Assembly (NCBI GenBank): GCA_025353745.1
Contig: JANXOE010000302.1
Span: forward strand, 1 to 49,815
DNA from: Hymenobacter sp.
Lineage (GTDB): Bacteria; Bacteroidota; Bacteroidia; Cytophagales; Hymenobacteraceae
Length of the DNA stretch: 49,815 nt
Direction: 5' to 3'
The position numbers and the translations under genes were made by a program. Below the pieces are notes generated by a model. It was not told the origin of the DNA. It did not search any database and was given only the letters and a program-made list of their open reading frames with translations. Below are positions 39,193 to 48,465 of the stretch, in pieces (position 1 is the stretch's first letter; every line of letters starts with the position of its first letter).

Positions 39193-39263
39193 ATAATGGG
39201 CCCTTATCAGCGTTTGGCGGGTGCGCTTCGGCCCCGGCCTTGCTTTTTATTCCGAACCTTTTG

Positions 39264-40520
39264 ATGCCGACCGTGCGCGATTTATACCACTCCGGCCGGC
39301 TCTCGCAATACCTGTTGTGGCTGGCCTGCGGGGCGGGCGTGGTGGGCCTGCTGGCGGCCCGCTCGCTGGTGGCCCTGAGCCCGGTGGCCGGCGTGGTGGC
39401 CGTGCTGCTGAACCCCGATTTGCCCAACGCCTGGCGCTACTACCTGCGCAACGGGGCCGCGCTGCGCGCTGCGGGTTTGTATTTGTTTCTGTTAATCAGC
39501 GGCTTGTACACTTCCGATATGCCCGATTGGCGGCACGAGGTGTTCCGGCAGCTGCCGTGGCTGGGCGTGCCGCTGGCCTTCACCCTGGCCGTGCCCCTGC
39601 GCGCCTGGCAGCGCGTGGCGGTGGGGGCCCTGTTTGTGCTGGGCACCGCGGCCGTGGGCCTGGCCACCCTGGGCCAGTTCGTGACCCACGCCGCCGCCGC
39701 CACCGAAGCCATCCGCCTGGGCCGGAACATGCCCGTCATCACCCGCGTGTTCCACATTCACTTCGGGGTGATGCTGGCGCTGGCCTTTTTCTGGGGCGTT
39801 GAGCTGCGGCGTAGCCCGCTGGCGCGGCCCTGGCTGCGGGGCGTGCTGCTGGGGGCCGTGGTGGGTATTGTGCTGGTGCTGCACATATTAGCCTACCGCA
39901 CGGGCCTGCTGGCGCTGTACGCGGGCCTGTTGGCGGCTGCGTTGCGGTTGCTGTGGCACCGGCGCTGGGGGGCGGGGCTGGGCCTGCTGGGCCTGCTGGT
40001 GGCCGCCCCGCTGCTGGGCTACCAGCTGGTAGGGCCCCTGCACCAGCGCTGGGGCGCCACCCGCTGGGACGTCAACCAGTTTTTCTCCGGCCACGACATC
40101 AACGATTACTCCCTCGCCCGCCGGCTCGCGGCCTGGGAAACGGCCGCCGTGCTCGTGCGCGCCCACCCGCTGCTGGGCGTGGCCCCCGCCGACGCCAACG
40201 CCGCCATGATGGACCAGTACGCCTGGCGCGATTTCGGCCTGCGCCCCGAAAACCGTATCATGATCCACAACCAGTACCTGCACGCCTTGGTGGGCGGCGG
40301 CGCGCTGGGCCTGGGCCTGTGGCTGGCCGTACTGCTGGGGCCCCTGGTGCAACCCGGGCCGCGCCGGAATCCGTACATCCGGCATTTCGTGGTTGTGTTC
40401 GGCGTTGCGCTGTTCGTCGATTCCATGCTGGAGCTGCAAACGGGCTACAACCTGTTCGTGTTCGGCTACGGTTTTCTGGTGGTGGCGGCCGCGCGCCGCG
40501 CCGCCGCGCCGCAACTTTAG
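39264..40520 (+). CDS. O-antigen ligase (WaaL/Wzy_C) family membrane protein
   Basis: Multi-TM; R.G, S..RR..W, P.LGV, HNQYL. Confidence 0.85.
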   Translation: MPTVRDLYHSGRLSQYLLWLACGAGVVGLLAARSLVALSPVAGVVAVLLNPDLPNAWRYYLRNGAALRAAGLYLFLLISGLYTSDMPDWRHEVFRQLPWLGVPLAFTLAVPLRAWQRVAVGALFVLGTAAVGLATLGQFVTHAAAATEAIRLGRNMPVITRVFHIHFGVMLALAFFWGVELRRSPLARPWLRGVLLGAVVGIVLVLHILAYRTGLLALYAGLLAAALRLLWHRRWGAGLGLLGLLVAAPLLGYQLVGPLHQRWGATRWDVNQFFSGHDINDYSLARRLAAWETAAVLVRAHPLLGVAPADANAAMMDQYAWRDFGLRPENRIMIHNQYLHALVGGGALGLGLWLAVLLGPLVQPGPRRNPYIRHFVVVFGVALFVDSMLELQTGYNLFVFGYGFLVVAAARRAAAPQL

Positions 40521-40609
40521 CGGCCGTTGCTGCTTATGTAGAAGGCTTGGTTTCTTCTGCTTGTGCTTTTTTTGTAGGTTGCATACTGTTATTTTTTCTG
40601 CCCCTTTTT

Positions 40610-41254
40610 ATGAGCGATTCCCCCGAACGGGTCAAACTGAGCAAAGAGGAGAAAGACCGGCGCTTTCAGGCCGAGCTGATGCCCATCATCGACCCGCTCT
40701 ACAACTTTGCCTACCGCCTGACGCTGGACGAGGACGACGCCAACGACCTTGTGCAGGAAACTTACCTCAAGGCGTACCGCTTTTTTGAGTACTTCGAGCC
40801 CGGCACCAACGCCAAGGCCTGGCTGTTCCGCATCCTGAAAAATTCGTTCATCAACGATTTTCGGAAGAAAAGCAAGCAGCCCGCCAAGGTCGACTACAGC
40901 GAGATTGAAGGCTACTACAACCCCGACGACGTGGAGGCCGAGGGCGAGGTGGGGGCCTCTTCGTCCGACTTGCGCCAGCAGTCGGCGCGCGATTTGATCG
41001 GCGACGAAGTGGCCAGCGCCCTCAATTCTTTGCCGGTCGATTTCCGCACCGTCATCATCCTCTGCGATCTGGAAGGTTTCACCTACGAGGAAATGGCCAA
41101 AGTGCTTGATATTCCGATTGGTACGGTGCGCTCGCGCCTGCACCGCGCCCGCAATTTTCTGAAGGATAAACTCGAGCGCTACGCCCAGTCGATGGGCTAC
41201 GGCCACGACGAATTGCACGCCGCGGCGGAACTTCCCGCCGATGATAATGATTAG
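40610..41254 (+). CDS. ECF sigma-70 factor (SigH/SigR-like)
   Basis: DA.DLVQETYLKAY, KAWLFRIL.N.FIN, Y.E.A..L.IP.GTVRSRLHRAR. Confidence 0.95.
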   Translation: MSDSPERVKLSKEEKDRRFQAELMPIIDPLYNFAYRLTLDEDDANDLVQETYLKAYRFFEYFEPGTNAKAWLFRILKNSFINDFRKKSKQPAKVDYSEIEGYYNPDDVEAEGEVGASSSDLRQQSARDLIGDEVASALNSLPVDFRTVIILCDLEGFTYEEMAKVLDIPIGTVRSRLHRARNFLKDKLERYAQSMGYGHDELHAAAELPADDND

Positions 41255-41304
41255 CCCAACATCCGGCACTTGCTTTCTCGCTTGGCCTTTTTACGTTTTC
41301 AATT

Positions 41305-41601
41305 ATGAACCCAGCCGCTACTACATCCACCAACACGTCGGCCCCCGCTGCGCTACCCGATGGCGGCCCCGACTGCGACCGCGTGAACACCGTTCTGCAC
41401 CAACTTGCCGGAGGCGAATCTGTTACGGCTGAAGACGAGGATTTCCTCTACCACCACGGCACCGATTGCTCGCCTTGCTTCGACGACATCAAGAAGCAGC
41501 ACGTTTTCATCGACTTCCTCAACGCCCGCCTCGGCCGCAAGGCCATTCCGACCGGCTTGCCCCAGTCCATCATGGCCCGCGTGTACTCCGAAGTGGTCTA
41601 A
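41305..41601 (+). CDS. Soluble zinc-binding anti-sigma factor (ZAS)
   Basis: Cys followed by HxxxCxxC (HGTDCSPC), P..L...I tail, no TM; directly downstream of the ECF sigma. Confidence 0.75.
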   Translation: MNPAATTSTNTSAPAALPDGGPDCDRVNTVLHQLAGGESVTAEDEDFLYHHGTDCSPCFDDIKKQHVFIDFLNARLGRKAIPTGLPQSIMARVYSEVV

Positions 41602-41620
41602 AAGCGGCTAGCTTTGCGCG

Positions 41621-42205
41621 ATGCAAGGCAAAATCATCGTCTTTTCTGCCCCCTCCGGGGCCGGAAAAACCACCATTGTGCACCGGCTGATGCAGCGGGT
41701 GCCCAAGCTCAGCTTTTCCATCTCGGCCTGTACCCGCGACCGCCGCGGCCGCGCCGAGGTCGATGGCAAAGACTACCATTTCATCACGCCCCAGGACTTT
41801 CAGGACAAAATCCGCCACGACGAGTTCGTGGAATGGGAGGAGGTGTACGAAGGCGCGTTTTACGGCACGCTGAAGTCGGAGATTGAGCGCATCTGGGCTA
41901 GCGGCCACCACGCCATCCTCGACGTGGACGTGAAGGGCGGCCTCAGCATCAAGGAGTTCTATAAGGACAGGGCCCTGGCCGTGTTCGTGCGCCCGCCGTC
42001 CATCGAGGCGCTGGGCGAGCGCCTGCAAGCCCGCGCCACCGACTCGCAGTCCAGCATTTCCTCGCGCCTCTACAAAGCCGCGTTCGAGCTGGCCTTTGAA
42101 GACCGCTTCGACGTGACGGTCGTCAACGATGACCTTGACGTGGCCACCGCCGAAGCCGAAGGGCTGGTGCGCGACTTCCTCGACGCCGCGCCCGACGCCG
42201 TATGA
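41621..42205 (+). CDS. gmk: Guanylate kinase
   Basis: APSGAGKTT, S.S..TR..R..E.DG.DYHF, YGT. Confidence 0.97.
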   Translation: MQGKIIVFSAPSGAGKTTIVHRLMQRVPKLSFSISACTRDRRGRAEVDGKDYHFITPQDFQDKIRHDEFVEWEEVYEGAFYGTLKSEIERIWASGHHAILDVDVKGGLSIKEFYKDRALAVFVRPPSIEALGERLQARATDSQSSISSRLYKAAFELAFEDRFDVTVVNDDLDVATAEAEGLVRDFLDAAPDAV

Positions 42206-42792
42206 GCCGCCGGGTGGGCTTGCTTTTTGGCTCGTTCAACCCCGTGCACACCGGCCACCTCATCCTGGCCGAACATTTCGCCACCCGCACTGACCTGGCC
42301 GAAGTCTGGCTGGTCGTCACGCCCCACAACCCGTTCAAAGCCGCCGCCGGCCTGCTGCCCGAAGCCGCACGCCTGCGGCTGGTGCGCCTGGCCGTGGCCG
42401 ATAACCCGCGCCTGCGCGCCGAGGACGTGGAGTTCGGCCTGCCGCGCCCCAGCTACACCATCGCCACGCTCGACGCGCTGCGCCAGCGCCACCCCGGCAA
42501 CGAATTCGTGCTGTTGATGGGGGCCGACAACCTCGCCGGCCTGCCGCAGTGGAAAGACGCCGCCCGCCTGCTGGCCGAAACCGACGTTTACGCGTACCCC
42601 CGCCCCGGTGCGGCCCTGCCCGCGCCGGGGGCCCTGCCGCGCGTTCGGGTGCTGGGGGCCCCGCTGCTCGACATTTCCAGTACCTACATCCGGCAGTGCC
42701 TGCAAGCCGGCCACAGCATCCGGTACCTGGTGCCCGCCGCCGTCGAGCAAGCGTTGGCCGGCATGGATTTCCCGCTCTTACCGCCGGTTTAA
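42202..42792 (+). CDS. nadD: Nicotinate-nucleotide adenylyltransferase
   Basis: GSFNPVHTGH, SYT..TL, MGAD, ISST.IR. Confidence 0.96.
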   Translation: MSRRVGLLFGSFNPVHTGHLILAEHFATRTDLAEVWLVVTPHNPFKAAAGLLPEAARLRLVRLAVADNPRLRAEDVEFGLPRPSYTIATLDALRQRHPGNEFVLLMGADNLAGLPQWKDAARLLAETDVYAYPRPGAALPAPGALPRVRVLGAPLLDISSTYIRQCLQAGHSIRYLVPAAVEQALAGMDFPLLPPV

Positions 42793-42825
42793 AAGCGGTG
42801 GAAAGGGCAGCCGATGCGCCGCTAA

Positions 42826-42870
42826 CCACAAAAAGCCCCGACTGCAACGCGCAGTCGGGGCTTTTTGTGG
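42826..42870. terminator. Bidirectional terminator between nadD and frr
   Basis: 20-bp perfect stem CCACAAAAAGCCCCGACTGC/GCAGTCGGGGCTTTTTGTGG. Confidence 0.85.
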
Positions 42871-42887
42871 ATTGGCAACAAGCAACC

Positions 42888-43451
42888 TCAGATGGTCATA
42901 ATTTCGGTTTCCTTCTTGCTGAGGGCTTTTTCTACCTCGGCAATGTAGCCGTCCGTGGCCTTCTGCACTTTCTCCTCGGCGCTTTTGATGGCGTCTTCCG
43001 AAGCACCGTCCTTCAGCAGCTTGCGCAGGGCTTCGTTCACGTCTTTGCGGATGCCGCGCACCCGCACCTTGCCGGCTTCCGACTCGTTCTTGGCTTGTTT
43101 CACCAGGTCGCGTCGGCGCTCCTCGGTCATGGCCGGAATGTTGAGCCGCACGCCGTCGGCGTCCGATATCGGGTTCAGGCCCAAGTCGCTGTTCTTGATG
43201 GCCTTGGCTACCTCGCTCACCATATTTTTCTCCCAGGGCTTGATGAGCAGGGAGCGGGCGTCGGGGGCCGAAATGTTGGCCACCTGCCCGATGGGCGTGG
43301 CGATGCCGTAATAATCTACCTTGAGGCCGTCGAGCATGGCCGGCGAGGCCTTGCCGGCCCGGATGCGGCCCATTTCCACGCCCACGTGGGCCAGGGCCTT
43401 GCCCATCGATTCCACGGCGTCGTCGAGGTAGAACTGAATTTCTTCGTCCAT
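42888..43451 (-). CDS. frr: Ribosome recycling factor
   Basis: IRAGKA, V.YYG..TP, LGLNP, P.MTEERR..LVK, KE.EIM. Confidence 0.97.
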   Translation of the reverse strand: MDEEIQFYLDDAVESMGKALAHVGVEMGRIRAGKASPAMLDGLKVDYYGIATPIGQVANISAPDARSLLIKPWEKNMVSEVAKAIKNSDLGLNPISDADGVRLNIPAMTEERRRDLVKQAKNESEAGKVRVRGIRKDVNEALRKLLKDGASEDAIKSAEEKVQKATDGYIAEVEKALSKKETEIMTI

Positions 43452-43567
43452 TTTAAGTTCAATTAACAATTAACGGTGAGCAAGCAACACCCATTTGAGC
43501 TGTGAGCCGGCGGTTGCCGGCGGCCACAAAATTGCTCATGGTTCATTGATAATCACGCATCCAAAAA

Positions 43568-44371
43568 TCAGGCTTGTTCCGGCTGGTTGCCCACCAAGGG
43601 CTGCAAGGCGCTGTGCTTGGGGTCGAGCAAAGGGGCTTTTTTGGTGCGCAGGGTGGCCGTGCCGTCCATGCTCACCAAGGTGCCCAAGGGCTCACCGGCG
43701 AGCAGGCGCTCCAGGTTGCCGGGGGTATTCATGTCGAATACGATGATGGGCAGGTTGTTTTCCTTGCAAAGCGTGAAGGCCGTCATGTCCATCACGTTCA
43801 GGTTTTTGGCAATCACCTCGTCGAAAGTGATGGACGGAAAGTGCACCGCGTCCGGGTTTTTTTCCGGGTCGGCCGAGTAGATGCCGTCCACGCGGGTACC
43901 CTTGAGCACCACGTCGGCTTCTATTTCGATGGCCCGCAGCGAGGCCGCCGAGTCGGTGGTGAAGTACGGCGAGCCGATGCCGGCCCCGAAAATGACCACG
44001 CGGCCTTTTTCGAGGTGGCGCACCGCCCGGCGCCGGATGTAGGGCTCGCAGACCCGCTGGATGGTGAGGCCCGACAGCAGCCGGGTGCTCACGTCGAGCT
44101 TTTCGAGGGCGCTTTGCAGGGCCATCGAGTTGATGACCGTGGCCAACATGCCCATGTAGTCGCCCTGCACGCGGTCGAGCCCGAAGGCTTCGGCCTGCAC
44201 GCCCCGGTAAATGTTGCCGCCGCCAATCACCACCGCTACTTGCACGCCGGTGGCGGCCACGGCCTTGATTTCGGATGCGTACTGCATGAGCCGCTCGGCG
44301 TCGATGCCGTACTGCTGCTGGCCCATCAGGGCTTCGCCGCTGAGCTTGAGGAGGATGCGGTGGTAATTCAA
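43568..44371 (-). CDS. pyrH: UMP kinase
   Basis: [39 protein letters not shown]; TTG start. Confidence 0.97.
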   Translation of the reverse strand: MNYHRILLKLSGEALMGQQQYGIDAERLMQYASEIKAVAATGVQVAVVIGGGNIYRGVQAEAFGLDRVQGDYMGMLATVINSMALQSALEKLDVSTRLLSGLTIQRVCEPYIRRRAVRHLEKGRVVIFGAGIGSPYFTTDSAASLRAIEIEADVVLKGTRVDGIYSADPEKNPDAVHFPSITFDEVIAKNLNVMDMTAFTLCKENNLPIIVFDMNTPGNLERLLAGEPLGTLVSMDGTATLRTKKAPLLDPKHSALQPLVGNQPEQA

Positions 44372-44412
44372 AATTATTATGGTCTAAAAATTAATGTCCT
44401 CCGGCACGGCCC

Positions 44413-44691
44413 CTACTTGAGCCCGCGGATTAATTCTACTATTTGCGTTAAGTTGGCCGTCGTTTCGTATTGGTATTTTTCCGTATCGCGGCGTAGCTCC
44501 AAAACATTGCGGCTCACGTCCTCCAACTTGCCTTTTACTCGCTCCATGCGGTTTTCTAACCGCACCACTTTCGTATTCAACTCGCTCTGGCCCTCGCGCA
44601 GATGAGCCAGCTCTTCCACAGTGCGGTCTTGCTTGCGCAGCATTTCCACCATCACGTCTTCTAACTGCTTGAATCGTTCGTCGGTGGTCAT
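44413..44691 (-). CDS. Small coiled-coil hypothetical protein (92 aa)
   Basis: ATG start; fills the gap between BCCP and pyrH on the same strand; heptad-like L/V/M periodicity. Confidence 0.7.
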   Translation of the reverse strand: MTTDERFKQLEDVMVEMLRKQDRTVEELAHLREGQSELNTKVVRLENRMERVKGKLEDVSRNVLELRRDTEKYQYETTANLTQIVELIRGLK

Positions 44692-44738
44692 GTGCGGATT
44701 GGTTGGCAGGGATGGGAATGTGGATGACGTTTAAGTAG

Positions 44739-45242
44739 TTACGAAAACTGCACCAGCAATTGCCCTTTCTGCACGTTATCGCGCAGGCCCACTTTGATGG
44801 CGCTCACGGTGCCGTCGGCGGGGGCTTTGAGAATGTTTTCCATCTTCATGGCTTCCAGGACCAGCAGCGGGTCGCCTTTCAGCACGGCCTGGCCGGGCTG
44901 CACCCGCACGTCCACGATAAGGCCGGGCATGGGGGCCTTCAACTCGTTGACCTGAACGGTGGCGGCGGCGCTCAGGCCGAGGCGTTCGAGTAGCAGGTCG
45001 AACCGGTCTTTGGCGGCCAGTTCGATGCGCTGGCCGTTGATTTTCAAAACAAACTGCTTGGCCGTGTAGTCGGCGCTGACCACTTCCGCGTCGTAGGAGC
45101 GGCCGCCGTGCAGCACCTGGAAGCGGCCGGGGGCCAGCGTGGCCACGTCCCAGGCAAAGGGTTGGCCGTTGAGGCGCAAATCGTCGGGCGCGTGGTAGTC
45201 AATCTCCCACGAACGGTCGGGGCCGGTGCTGATTTGGAGCAT
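44739..45242 (-). CDS. Biotin carboxyl carrier / biotinyl-domain protein
   Basis: KAPMPG...V..G..V..G..L.VLEAMKMEN. Confidence 0.93.
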   Translation of the reverse strand: MLQISTGPDRSWEIDYHAPDDLRLNGQPFAWDVATLAPGRFQVLHGGRSYDAEVVSADYTAKQFVLKINGQRIELAAKDRFDLLLERLGLSAAATVQVNELKAPMPGLIVDVRVQPGQAVLKGDPLLVLEAMKMENILKAPADGTVSAIKVGLRDNVQKGQLLVQFS

Positions 45243-45339
45243 GGGAAACGGAGCGGATAGGGCAGGAGCGGGGTTAAAGGTAGCCCAATTCGCAAATTAT
45301 TTCGGAAATTCCAGCGATTTTTCGTCCCTTATTGCCATC

Positions 45340-47925
45340 ATGAAGTATCTGCTTACGGGCCTCTGCGGTCTGCTATTGGCCAGTCCGATAGGTGTTTGGG
45401 GGCAAAAAACCGGGCCAGCGGGTACGGCTTCGATGCGCCGCGCCCCGCCGCACCGCAAGAGCCCCGCCGCGGTGCCGACGGCCCCAGCGCCTGCCCCGTT
45501 GGTGGTGCCGTCGTGGCTGCCGCCCACGGCCCCGCTGCGGCCCGCTGCCACCGTCCTCACCGAAGTGACGCACACCAAGCTCGACGTGCGCTTCGACTAC
45601 AAAAAGCAATACCTGTTGGGCACGGCCGTGCTCACCCTGCGCTCGCACTTCTACCCCCAAAGCCAAGTGGTGCTCGATGCCAAAGGCTTCGATGTGGAGA
45701 AAGTGGAGGTGGTGGGCGAGCGCAAGGCGAGGGCCCTGGTGTACAGCTACGACAAGCGCCAGCTGACCATCACCCTCGACCGGGCATACCCGCGCACCGA
45801 GGCGTACCAGGTGCGCATCGTGTACGTGGCCAAGCCCAACGAGCTGCCCGCCGGGGGATCGGCCGCCATTACGGCGGCGAAAGGGTTGTATTTCATCAAC
45901 CCGCTGGGCGTGGAAAAAAATAAGCCCCGCCAAATCTGGACGCAGGGCGAGACGGAATCCAACTCCTGCTGGTTTCCGACCATTGACCGGCCCAACCAGC
46001 GCATGACGCAGGAAATTGCCCTGACGGTGGAAAACCGGTTCAAAACGCTGTCCAACGGCTCGCTCATCTCTTCCAAAACGAACTCCGACGGCACCCGCAC
46101 CGACACGTGGCGGCAAACCCAGGCCCAGCCGCCGTACCTGACGTCGCTGGTCGTGGGCGACTACGCCGTGGTGAGCGACACCTGGCGCGGCAAGTCCGTG
46201 GATTATTACGTCGAGCCCCCGTTTGCCGGCACGGCGCGCGCCGTGTTCGGGCACACGCCCGAGATGCTGGAGTTTTTCTCGAAAAAGCTGGGCGTGGACT
46301 ATCCGTGGGATAAATACGCCCAGGTGGCGGTGCGCGACTACGTGAGCGGGGCCATGGAAAACACCACCGCCGTGACGCACGGCCCCAACGTGCAGGTGAC
46401 GCGCCGCGAGCTGCTCGACGCCACCTACGCCGGCAACGAGTCCATCATCGTTCACGAGGTGTTCCACCATTGGTTCGGCGACTACGTCACCTGTGAGTCG
46501 TGGGGCAACCTGCCGCTCAACGAGTCGTTTGCCGACTACGCCGAGTACCTGTGGGCCGAGCAAAAATTCGGGCCCGACGAAGCGGCCCTGGTGCAGGAAA
46601 CCAAGCTGGCCAGCTACCTCGACGAGGCCCAGAGCAAGCGCGAGCCCCTCATCCGCCCCCGCTACAAGGAGCGCGAGGACCTGTTCGACCGCCATTCCTA
46701 CGCCAAAGGCGGGCGGGTGCTGCACATGCTGCGCAAATACGTGGGCGACGACGCCTTCTTCGCGTCCCTCAACCACTACCTCGTCCAGAACAAGCAGTCG
46801 GCCGTCGAAATCTCCAAGCTGCGCACCGCTTTTGAGGAAACCACCGGCGAAGACCTGACGTGGTTTTTCAACCAGTGGTTCATGAAGCGCGGGCACCCCG
46901 AGCTGCGCGTCAGCCACGGCTACGCCAACGGGGCCGTGACGCTGCGCGTGCAGCAGGTGCAGGACACGCTTTACCAGCCCGTGTACCGCTTGCCGGTGAC
47001 GGTGACGGTGTGGCAGAAAGACCGGCCGGCCGACTACCGCATCACCGTCGGCAAAGCCGACCAGACCTTCACTTTTCCCGCCGCCGACCGGCCCAGCTTG
47101 GTCAAGTTCGACGGCGAAGGCCAGCTGCTGGCCCAAATCGACGAAGAGCGCACCTCCGAGGAACTGCTGTTCCAGTTCGACCACGCCCGCGGCTACCAGC
47201 AAAAGGCCGAAGTGCTGGATTTGCTGCAAAACAAGACCATGGAGTTGCCGGTAAGCGCTTTGTACCGTAATGCGTTGGACGACAAGTTCTGGGCGGTGCG
47301 CCGCGCGGCCCTCGACCACCTTCGCCATTACCGGGGCCCCGAAACCGGGGCCGTGCGCCAAGCCGTCCTGCGCTTGGTCAGCGCCGACCCCGTGCCCCAG
47401 GTGCGTGCCCAAGCTTTGGCCACGCTGGCCTCCTTTTCCAACGGCAGCTACGGCGATGCTTACCTGGGGGCCCTCGCCGACAGTTCCTACACGGTGGCGG
47501 CAGCGGCCCTCACCACGCTCTCCAAAACCGCCGGCGTCGGCGTCCGGGCGCAAGCGGCCGCCCTCGACAACACGGGCAGCAGCGTGCTATTGTTGGCCTT
47601 GGCCAATTATTACGCCCGCAACGGGGCCCTCGACCAATACGCGTGGTTTTTGCGCCGCTTGCCCGACGTAGCCGAAAGCGACCTGTACGCCTACCTGCAA
47701 TCCTTCGGGGCCCTGATGGCCAATATTCCGCCCGTGGAGCGCGACAAAGGCCGCACGCTGCTCGAAGACTACGCCCGCCACGCCCCCCGCTACGAGGTGC
47801 GCCTGGGGGCCTACAAGGGCCTGGTGCAGCTGCTGCCGAGCACGCCGATGCTCAAAGCCACCCTTCAGAACATCCGCGAGAAGGAAACCGACGACCGGCT
47901 GAAAGCTTTTTACAATTTGATGTAG
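45340..47925 (+). CDS. Exported M1-family zinc aminopeptidase with C-terminal HEAT-like repeats
   Basis: GAMEN, HEVFH...NESFA (HEXXH-X18-E), SY.KG; N-terminal signal peptide. Confidence 0.94.
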   Translation: MKYLLTGLCGLLLASPIGVWGQKTGPAGTASMRRAPPHRKSPAAVPTAPAPAPLVVPSWLPPTAPLRPAATVLTEVTHTKLDVRFDYKKQYLLGTAVLTLRSHFYPQSQVVLDAKGFDVEKVEVVGERKARALVYSYDKRQLTITLDRAYPRTEAYQVRIVYVAKPNELPAGGSAAITAAKGLYFINPLGVEKNKPRQIWTQGETESNSCWFPTIDRPNQRMTQEIALTVENRFKTLSNGSLISSKTNSDGTRTDTWRQTQAQPPYLTSLVVGDYAVVSDTWRGKSVDYYVEPPFAGTARAVFGHTPEMLEFFSKKLGVDYPWDKYAQVAVRDYVSGAMENTTAVTHGPNVQVTRRELLDATYAGNESIIVHEVFHHWFGDYVTCESWGNLPLNESFADYAEYLWAEQKFGPDEAALVQETKLASYLDEAQSKREPLIRPRYKEREDLFDRHSYAKGGRVLHMLRKYVGDDAFFASLNHYLVQNKQSAVEISKLRTAFEETTGEDLTWFFNQWFMKRGHPELRVSHGYANGAVTLRVQQVQDTLYQPVYRLPVTVTVWQKDRPADYRITVGKADQTFTFPAADRPSLVKFDGEGQLLAQIDEERTSEELLFQFDHARGYQQKAEVLDLLQNKTMELPVSALYRNALDDKFWAVRRAALDHLRHYRGPETGAVRQAVLRLVSADPVPQVRAQALATLASFSNGSYGDAYLGALADSSYTVAAAALTTLSKTAGVGVRAQAAALDNTGSSVLLLALANYYARNGALDQYAWFLRRLPDVAESDLYAYLQSFGALMANIPPVERDKGRTLLEDYARHAPRYEVRLGAYKGLVQLLPSTPMLKATLQNIREKETDDRLKAFYNLM

Positions 47926-47999
47926 AACCAGTTGGCCGTGCTGAGCAAAAAAAGAGGCCCTTTTTTTGCCTCACCTCTTGCCTTGTAAGAGAAAAGCCG

Positions 48000-48007
48000 T
48001 AATTTTG
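48000..48007 (+). promoter_or_regulatory. -7 promoter box TAATTTTG for the tRNA-tuf operon
   Basis: TAnnTTTG consensus upstream of the tRNA cluster. Confidence 0.6.
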
Positions 48008-48093
48008 CGCTTCCTTACGAAACACTACCAATTGGGTGGCTGATGAATAAAGGGGAATTACGCGCAGGCAATCGGCCCGCCCGTGCCAAATTT

Positions 48094-48173
48094 GGGGGTA
48101 TCGCATAGTGGCAATTGCGGGTGACTGTAACTCACCTCCTTCGGGTTCATAGGTTCGAGTCCTGTTACCCCCA
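48094..48173 (+). tRNA. tRNA-Tyr(GTA)
   Basis: Acceptor GGGGGTA/TACCCCC, anticodon arm GGTGA-CTGTAAC-TCACC, class II variable arm, TTCGAGT loop; CCA not encoded. Confidence 0.9.
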
Positions 48174-48251
48174 CCCAAAGTGACTGGGCGACTAAATGAC
48201 TGGCTGAACTCTTTGGGCTTCACCCAGTCATTTAGTCCCTCAATCGCTCCT

Positions 48252-48324
48252 GCGGGAGTAGCTCAGTTGGTAGAGCGGCAGCCTTCCAAGCTGCAGGTCG
48301 CGGGTTCGAACCTCGTCTCCCGCT
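48252..48324 (+). tRNA. tRNA-Gly(TCC)
   Basis: GCGGGAG/CTCCCGC acceptor, GCAGC-CTTCCAA-GCTGC, TTCGAAC loop. Confidence 0.97.
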
Positions 48325-48393
48325 CATTTTCAGCCGAGTGAGTACAAAAAGCGGATAGCCACCAGCTATCAGCTAAGAGTTTAACAAAAATCA

Positions 48394-48465
<72 letters not shown>

